Source: Isoptericola halotolerans
GTDB taxonomy: Bacteria; Actinomycetota; Actinomycetes; Actinomycetales; Cellulomonadaceae
Length of the DNA: 64,000 nt
Assembly (NCBI RefSeq): GCF_013149785.1
Contig: NZ_JABEZU010000003.1
Location: 124,001 to 188,000 of the forward strand
Reading direction: 5' to 3'
Shown: in pieces, positions 59,487-64,000 of the stretch
Layout of the letters: the number at the start of each line of letters is the position of its first letter
Numbering within the stretch: the stretch's first letter is position 1
Made by a program: the position numbers and the translations under genes
Notes under the pieces: generated by a model
Seen by the model: only the letters and a program-made list of their open reading frames with translations
Database searches by the model: none
What the model was told of the DNA's origin: nothing

Positions 59487-60863
59487 ATGAGCGACGCCAC
59501 GCCGACGAAGCCGTCGGAACACGACTCCGGTCACCCCTTCGACGCGCTCCCGGCGACCGAGCAGCGTCGACGGGTCCGGTCGTGGGCGCTGTGGGACTGG
59601 GCCACCCAGCCGTTCAACACCGTGGTGCTCACCTTCGTCTTCACGGCCCTGTACCTGACCGGGGAGTCGTTCCTCGACCCGGCGGTCGTCGCCCTGGGGG
59701 AGGACGATCCTGCGTACACCCGGGCGCTCGCAGGCCTGACGAGTGCCCTGGGTGGGTGGATCGCGGCCGGCGGTGTGCTGGTCGCGATCCTGGCTCCGGT
59801 GCTGGGTCGGCGGGCCGACGTCACCGGCCGGCGCAAGGCCTGGCTGGGTGCCGGCACGATCCTGCTGGTGGTCTGCATGTTCGGCCTCGGGTTCGTCCGG
59901 GCCGACCCCGGCTACTTCGTGCTCGGGGCGGCGCTGATCTCGCTGGGCAGCGTCGCCAGCGAGATTGCCGGCGTCAACTACAACGCGATGCTCACCCAGG
60001 TCTCGACACCTCGGACCATCGGCAAGGTCTCGGGCCTCGGCTGGGGGCTCGGCTACGTCGGCGGGATCGTCGCGCTGGTGGCCGTCGTCGTGGCCCAGAC
60101 CTTCGACTGGTGGGGGATGCCCACCGACGACGGGCTGGCCTACCGGGTGATCGCCGTGGGTTGTGGGCTCTGGGCGGTGGCGTTCGCGTGGCCGCTCTTC
60201 CGGAACGTCCCGGAGGCGCCTGCTGCCTCGGACCGTCCCCGGGTCGGGTTCTTCGCCGGGTACGTCGAGCTGTGGCACGACATCCGTGAGCTCTTCCGCA
60301 CGTCGCGCACCACGTTCTGGTTCCTGCTGGCCAGCGCCGTGTACCGGGACGGGCTGGCCGGGGTCTTCACCTTCGGTGCGATCGTGGCGGCCGTGTCCTT
60401 CCGCTTCTCGCCGGACGAGGTGATCGCGTTCGGCATCGCTGCGAACCTCCTGGCAGGGGTGAGCACGATCCTCGCCGGTCGCCTCGACGACCGGCTGGGG
60501 GCCCGTCGCGTCATCGTGTGGTCGCTGGTGGGGCTGGTGGTCTGCGGGCTGGTCGTCGTCGCGCTGCACTCGTCGGGCACCGTGGTGTTCTGGGTCGCGG
60601 GCCTCGCGCTGACCTGCTTCGTCGGTCCGGCCCAGACGGCGTCCCGGTCGTACCTGGCCCGGATGACGCCGGCCGGTCAGGAGTCGGAGATCTTCGGTCT
60701 GTACGCCACCACGGGCCGCGCCGTGTCGTTCCTGACCCCGCTGCTGTGGGGTGTGGTCATCGCCCTGACCGGTGCGACGATCTGGGGCGTGCTGGGCATC
60801 GTGGCCGTCATCCTCGCGGGCCTGGTGCTCATGCTGGTCGTCACCGACCCGGTCGAGGACTGA
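59487..60863 (+). CDS. MFS transporter (UMF1/Atg22-like)
   Basis: WALWDWA, YNAML, G.GWGLGY.GG, SRSYL and FGLYA motifs; about 12 TMs. Confidence 0.9.
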   Translation: MSDATPTKPSEHDSGHPFDALPATEQRRRVRSWALWDWATQPFNTVVLTFVFTALYLTGESFLDPAVVALGEDDPAYTRALAGLTSALGGWIAAGGVLVAILAPVLGRRADVTGRRKAWLGAGTILLVVCMFGLGFVRADPGYFVLGAALISLGSVASEIAGVNYNAMLTQVSTPRTIGKVSGLGWGLGYVGGIVALVAVVVAQTFDWWGMPTDDGLAYRVIAVGCGLWAVAFAWPLFRNVPEAPAASDRPRVGFFAGYVELWHDIRELFRTSRTTFWFLLASAVYRDGLAGVFTFGAIVAAVSFRFSPDEVIAFGIAANLLAGVSTILAGRLDDRLGARRVIVWSLVGLVVCGLVVVALHSSGTVVFWVAGLALTCFVGPAQTASRSYLARMTPAGQESEIFGLYATTGRAVSFLTPLLWGVVIALTGATIWGVLGIVAVILAGLVLMLVVTDPVED

Positions 60864-61434
60864 CCAGGAGAGTCGCGCGGGCGAGCGCCGTCGCGTGCTC
60901 GACGACGGCCGTGCGACGAGCAGCCGCGGCCGTGCCCGGAGCGACGAGCGCGGTGAGCGCGGTGAGCGTCCAGGCGCTGGTGACGAGCATGACCACGGAC
61001 AGCAGGAGCTGTCGCGCGGAGGCGTCGTCGGGCACGGCCAGGGCGTCGCGCAGGTGCGAGGCGACCTCCGAGCACGACGACACCCGTTGCACGGCTGCCG
61101 CGGGTTCGTCCAGCTCGAGGCTCTCCCAGGCGAGCAGACGGGCGACGTCCGGGTCGGCCGCGTACCGGTCCCACAGGCGTCCCGCCCACCGGCCGAGGGC
61201 ATCTTCGCCGTGACCGTCCAGATCGAGGCCGTCCAGCAACCCGTCGAGGCGGTGGGTCAGCACGTGGTCGAAGAACCGCCGCTTGCTGCCGAAGTAGGCG
61301 TAGATCCGCTCCTTGTTGACCCCGGCGTCGCGGCTGACGGCATCGACGGAGGTCCCGGCGAACCCGGTGGCGGCGAACTGCCGGCCGCCGGCGTCGAGCA
61401 GGCGCTCGCGGGTACTCGTGGTGTCCCTGGGCAT
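60841..61434 (-). CDS. TetR family transcriptional regulator
   Basis: TRERLLDA...F...GF..TSVD.V...AGVNKERIYAYFGSK. Confidence 0.9.
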   Translation of the reverse strand: MPRDTTSTRERLLDAGGRQFAATGFAGTSVDAVSRDAGVNKERIYAYFGSKRRFFDHVLTHRLDGLLDGLDLDGHGEDALGRWAGRLWDRYAADPDVARLLAWESLELDEPAAAVQRVSSCSEVASHLRDALAVPDDASARQLLLSVVMLVTSAWTLTALTALVAPGTAAAARRTAVVEHATALARATLLVSPRPGR

Positions 61435-61440
61435 GTGGTC

Positions 61441-61474
61441 ACCCTAGACGCCAACCGTTCGGTTGGCATAGGGT
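61441..61474. promoter_or_regulatory. TetR operator palindrome flanked by divergent -10 elements
   Basis: ACCCTA-gac-GCCAACCG-TT-CGGTTGGC-a-TAGGGT. Confidence 0.75.
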
Positions 61475-61505
61475 CCGACCACCGACCGAACGTGTGGAGA
61501 ACTCG

Positions 61506-62447
61506 ATGAAGGCACTGGTCCTGGGCGCGCGGGGCGCCGTCGGACAGCATGTCGTGGCCGCGCTGCGCGGCCACGGGCACGACGTCACCCCGGCGGGAAG
61601 GTCCGGGTCCGACGGTGGGGTGCGCGTCGACCTGTCCGCCCCGGACGGCGCCGTCCGGCTGCGCGAGGCCGCTGCCGGGCAGGCCGTCGTGATCAACGCC
61701 TCCGGCGTGGAGGAGCCCTGGATCGCGGGCGAGCTCGGCGGGGCGGCGCTGGTGGACATCAGCGCGAGCAGCGCCTACCTGGTCGCGCTGCGTGCCTGCG
61801 CTGCGCCGAGCACCTCCGTCGTGCTGGGAGCGGGCCTCGTGCCCGGCCTGTCCACCGTGCTGGTCGGTGCGCTCGAGACACGGCCGGGCGACGAGGTCGA
61901 CGTGGCAGTGATGCTCGGCTCGGGGGAGAAGCACGGGGCGGCTGCCGTGTCGTGGACCGAGAAGCTGGTCGGCACCGACGTGCATGCCCCGCCCGAGGGC
62001 GTCCGGGTCCGCAACCTGCGGACCCGGCGCCGCGTGGTCGGGCCGGACGGGCGGCGACGGACGTACCTGCGGACCGACTTCGCCGACCACGTGCTCCTGG
62101 ACGACCTCGTCGTGCGGTCGTGGCTCACGCTCTCCAACGGGCCGGCGACGGCGGCCCTGGCGCTGGTCGGCCGGCTCGGGAAGGGCCGCCGGCTGATCAG
62201 CGGCGCTCCGCTCGTCGGCTCCGAGGAGTGGAGCCTGCAGGCGACCGTGCGGCGCACAGCACAACGGCTCGCGGCCACCGGGTCCGGTCAGTCCCGTGCC
62301 ACCGGTCTGCTCACCGCCCTGGCCGCCGAACGTGTGGTGTCCGCCGCGCCGGGGCGATGCGTCACGATGGCTGACGTCGTCGCGGTCGACGACGCGCTCG
62401 GGGTGCTCGAACCGCCCCTCAGTCGTGTCCGGCCGGCAGGACGTTGA
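61506..62447 (+). CDS. NAD(P)-binding Rossmann oxidoreductase (saccharopine dehydrogenase-like)
   Basis: VLGARGAVG, INASG, VDIS and GL.PGLS motifs. GGAG RBS. Confidence 0.75.
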   Translation: MKALVLGARGAVGQHVVAALRGHGHDVTPAGRSGSDGGVRVDLSAPDGAVRLREAAAGQAVVINASGVEEPWIAGELGGAALVDISASSAYLVALRACAAPSTSVVLGAGLVPGLSTVLVGALETRPGDEVDVAVMLGSGEKHGAAAVSWTEKLVGTDVHAPPEGVRVRNLRTRRRVVGPDGRRRTYLRTDFADHVLLDDLVVRSWLTLSNGPATAALALVGRLGKGRRLISGAPLVGSEEWSLQATVRRTAQRLAATGSGQSRATGLLTALAAERVVSAAPGRCVTMADVVAVDDALGVLEPPLSRVRPAGR

Positions 62448-63807
62448 GGTTGCTGCGGAAGAGGTTCGTCGGGTCGTAGGTCGCCTTGGCCTCGGCCAGC
62501 CGCCGACCGGTGTCCCCCGGGTAGGCCTGCGCGAGCAGGGTGGGGTCACCGTCCATGACGAAGTTGGCGTAGGCCCCGTGCCGGCCCCGGCGCACGCGGT
62601 CGGCGACGTCCGCCACCCAGTCGACGTGCTCGGCGACCGCCTCCGCCGTCGGTTCGGCCGCGGCGACGACGCCGGTGATCGGCGCGTCGCGGTGGGCGTA
62701 GGCGGTGGCTCCGGTCGGGACGTCGGCGACGGCACCGCCGAGGACACGCAGCTGCACCACCCGCATCATGGCGGTGCTCGACCCCAGGGCGTCCAGGATG
62801 TCGGCTGCGGCGGCCTCGTCGACGTCGTCGGCGTAGAACGACCTGTTGTGCATCGCCATCGGGGGGCCGTCGGGGCCTTCGAGGAGCCCGATGTACGGAC
62901 CGGGGGCGACCAGGTCGGCGATGATGCCTCCGGCCTGCTCGCCGAGCGCGCGCAGCGGTGCGAGCGCGGCGTCGGCGTCGTCGACGCCGCCGGACCAACA
63001 GAGGTTGACCATGACGACGAGGCGACCGTGTGCCTCCTCGGGGAGGAACGGCACCGGCGGGGCCACCATGACCATGACGATGGCCGTGAGCTCGCGAGGG
63101 GCCTGGCGAAGCGTCGCGACCACACCCGCGACGGTGGTCGGTGTCGCCGGCAGGATGAGCGGGCCACCGACGACCGTCCCGATCTCGTGGGTGTCGAACG
63201 TCAGCTCCGTGACGACACCAAAGTTTCCCCCGCCCCCGCGCAACGCCCAGAACAGGTCGGGGTGCTCCTGAGCGGAGGCGGTCCGCACCTGTCCGTCGGC
63301 AGTGACGACCCGGGCCGAGTGCAACGAGTCGATCGTCATGCCGAGCCGGCGGGACAGGAACCCGACCCCGCCCCCGAGGGTGATCCCCGCGACGCCCACC
63401 GTGCCGGCGTCGCCGAAGGGCGTGATGAGGCCGTGCTGCGTCGTCGCGGCGGTGTAGGCGCCGGCTGTGACGCCGCCCCCGGCGGTCGCCCTCCGGGCGG
63501 CGCGATCGACCTGGACGTCATCGAGCCCGCGGACGTCGAGCACGAGCGCCCCGGGCCGCCGGCCGCGGCCGAGGGCAGAGTGGCCCCCGGAGCGGACCGC
63601 GAGCTCGAGCCCGTGGTCGGCAGCGAAGCGGACCGCGCGGGCCACCCCGGCGGCGTCGGTGGGACGGACGACGGCGTCCGGTACGGCGTCGACGCCGCCG
63701 GGCCGGATCTGGTGCGCAGCGACGAATCCCTCGTCCAGCGGTGTCAGGACGAGGGAGGTGCCGTGGAGGGCGGCACGCAGGGCGGACGGCGACAGGGTGC
63801 TGGTCAT
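62419..63807 (-). CDS. FAD-binding oxidoreductase (VAO/BBE family)
   Basis: RSGGH covalent flavin motif, GITLGGG, DLFWALRGGGGNFGVVT, C-terminal YANF...KATYDP.NLF. GGAGG RBS. Confidence 0.92.
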   Translation of the reverse strand: MTSTLSPSALRAALHGTSLVLTPLDEGFVAAHQIRPGGVDAVPDAVVRPTDAAGVARAVRFAADHGLELAVRSGGHSALGRGRRPGALVLDVRGLDDVQVDRAARRATAGGGVTAGAYTAATTQHGLITPFGDAGTVGVAGITLGGGVGFLSRRLGMTIDSLHSARVVTADGQVRTASAQEHPDLFWALRGGGGNFGVVTELTFDTHEIGTVVGGPLILPATPTTVAGVVATLRQAPRELTAIVMVMVAPPVPFLPEEAHGRLVVMVNLCWSGGVDDADAALAPLRALGEQAGGIIADLVAPGPYIGLLEGPDGPPMAMHNRSFYADDVDEAAAADILDALGSSTAMMRVVQLRVLGGAVADVPTGATAYAHRDAPITGVVAAAEPTAEAVAEHVDWVADVADRVRRGRHGAYANFVMDGDPTLLAQAYPGDTGRRLAEAKATYDPTNLFRSNLNVLPAGHD

Positions 63808-63856
63808 CGGGGCCTCCGTGGGCAGAGCGGTGGGGTGCGGGACGTGCGCGACCACC

Positions 63857-63887
63857 AGCATCGGACTTCGAGCAGGGTTGAGGTCAA
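63857..63887 (-). promoter_or_regulatory. MerR/SoxR-type promoter with 19-bp spacer and dyad
   Basis: Minus strand TTGACC-TCAACCCTGCTCGAAGTCC-GATGCT. Dyad GACCTCAAC/CTCGAAGTC resembles the SoxR box CCTCAA-N6-TTGAGG. Confidence 0.6.
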
Positions 63888-63949
63888 GGGATTGCCTCCG
63901 GGTGTGTCCGCCGGTCGGACGCCGCAGAGGGGTGGGTACGCTCACGGCC

Positions 63950-64000
63950 ATGACAGTCGACGACGCCGCACGTGTGCTGATCCTCAACGGTCCCAACCTC
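63950..64000 (+). CDS. aroQ: Type II 3-dehydroquinate dehydratase (5' fragment)
   Basis: MTVDDAARVLILNGPNL matches the LNGPNL signature; near the aro cluster; TACGCT lies 7 nt upstream. Confidence 0.85.
   Translation, partial: MTVDDAARVLILNGPNL

Overview
64 kb of a very GC-rich actinobacterial chromosome. Gene order and protein style suggest Micrococcales, possibly Cellulomonadaceae or Promicromonosporaceae (inference). Most of the window is a conserved core backbone: thrS-HIT-pgsA-patA-pimA-pdxS...pdxT-yebC-ruvCAB-yajC-secDF-apt-relA, then DUF349/PPIase-MBL-hisS, aspS-rarA, rpsD-alaS-ruvX-mltG-aroE-aroCKB and the start of aroQ. Accessory blocks are interspersed. (i) A cell-surface region at 1-6 kb has a repeat-rich LPXTG protein and a DUF4397/class F sortase/SigK/RskA cassette with a recognisable SigK-type promoter. 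(ii) A four-gene SipW operon between pdxS and pdxT encodes TasA-like exported subunits plus a sortase-anchored (LPRTG) TasA-like subunit. This is the best candidate for an under-described fibre/pilus system. (iii) A LigC + Prim-PolC repair pair. (iv) An orphan His-less Hpt-like protein preceded by four 11-bp-phased repeats. (v) Lipid hydrolase, MFS, TetR and oxidoreductase genes between aroB and aroQ. Several regulatory motifs can be read directly: two LexA boxes, SigH/SigR-, SigK- and SoxR/MerR-type promoters, a TetR operator and many leaderless starts. I saw no tRNA, rRNA, CRISPR array, transposase or integrase. All family calls come from motif recognition by eye, not from database searches.
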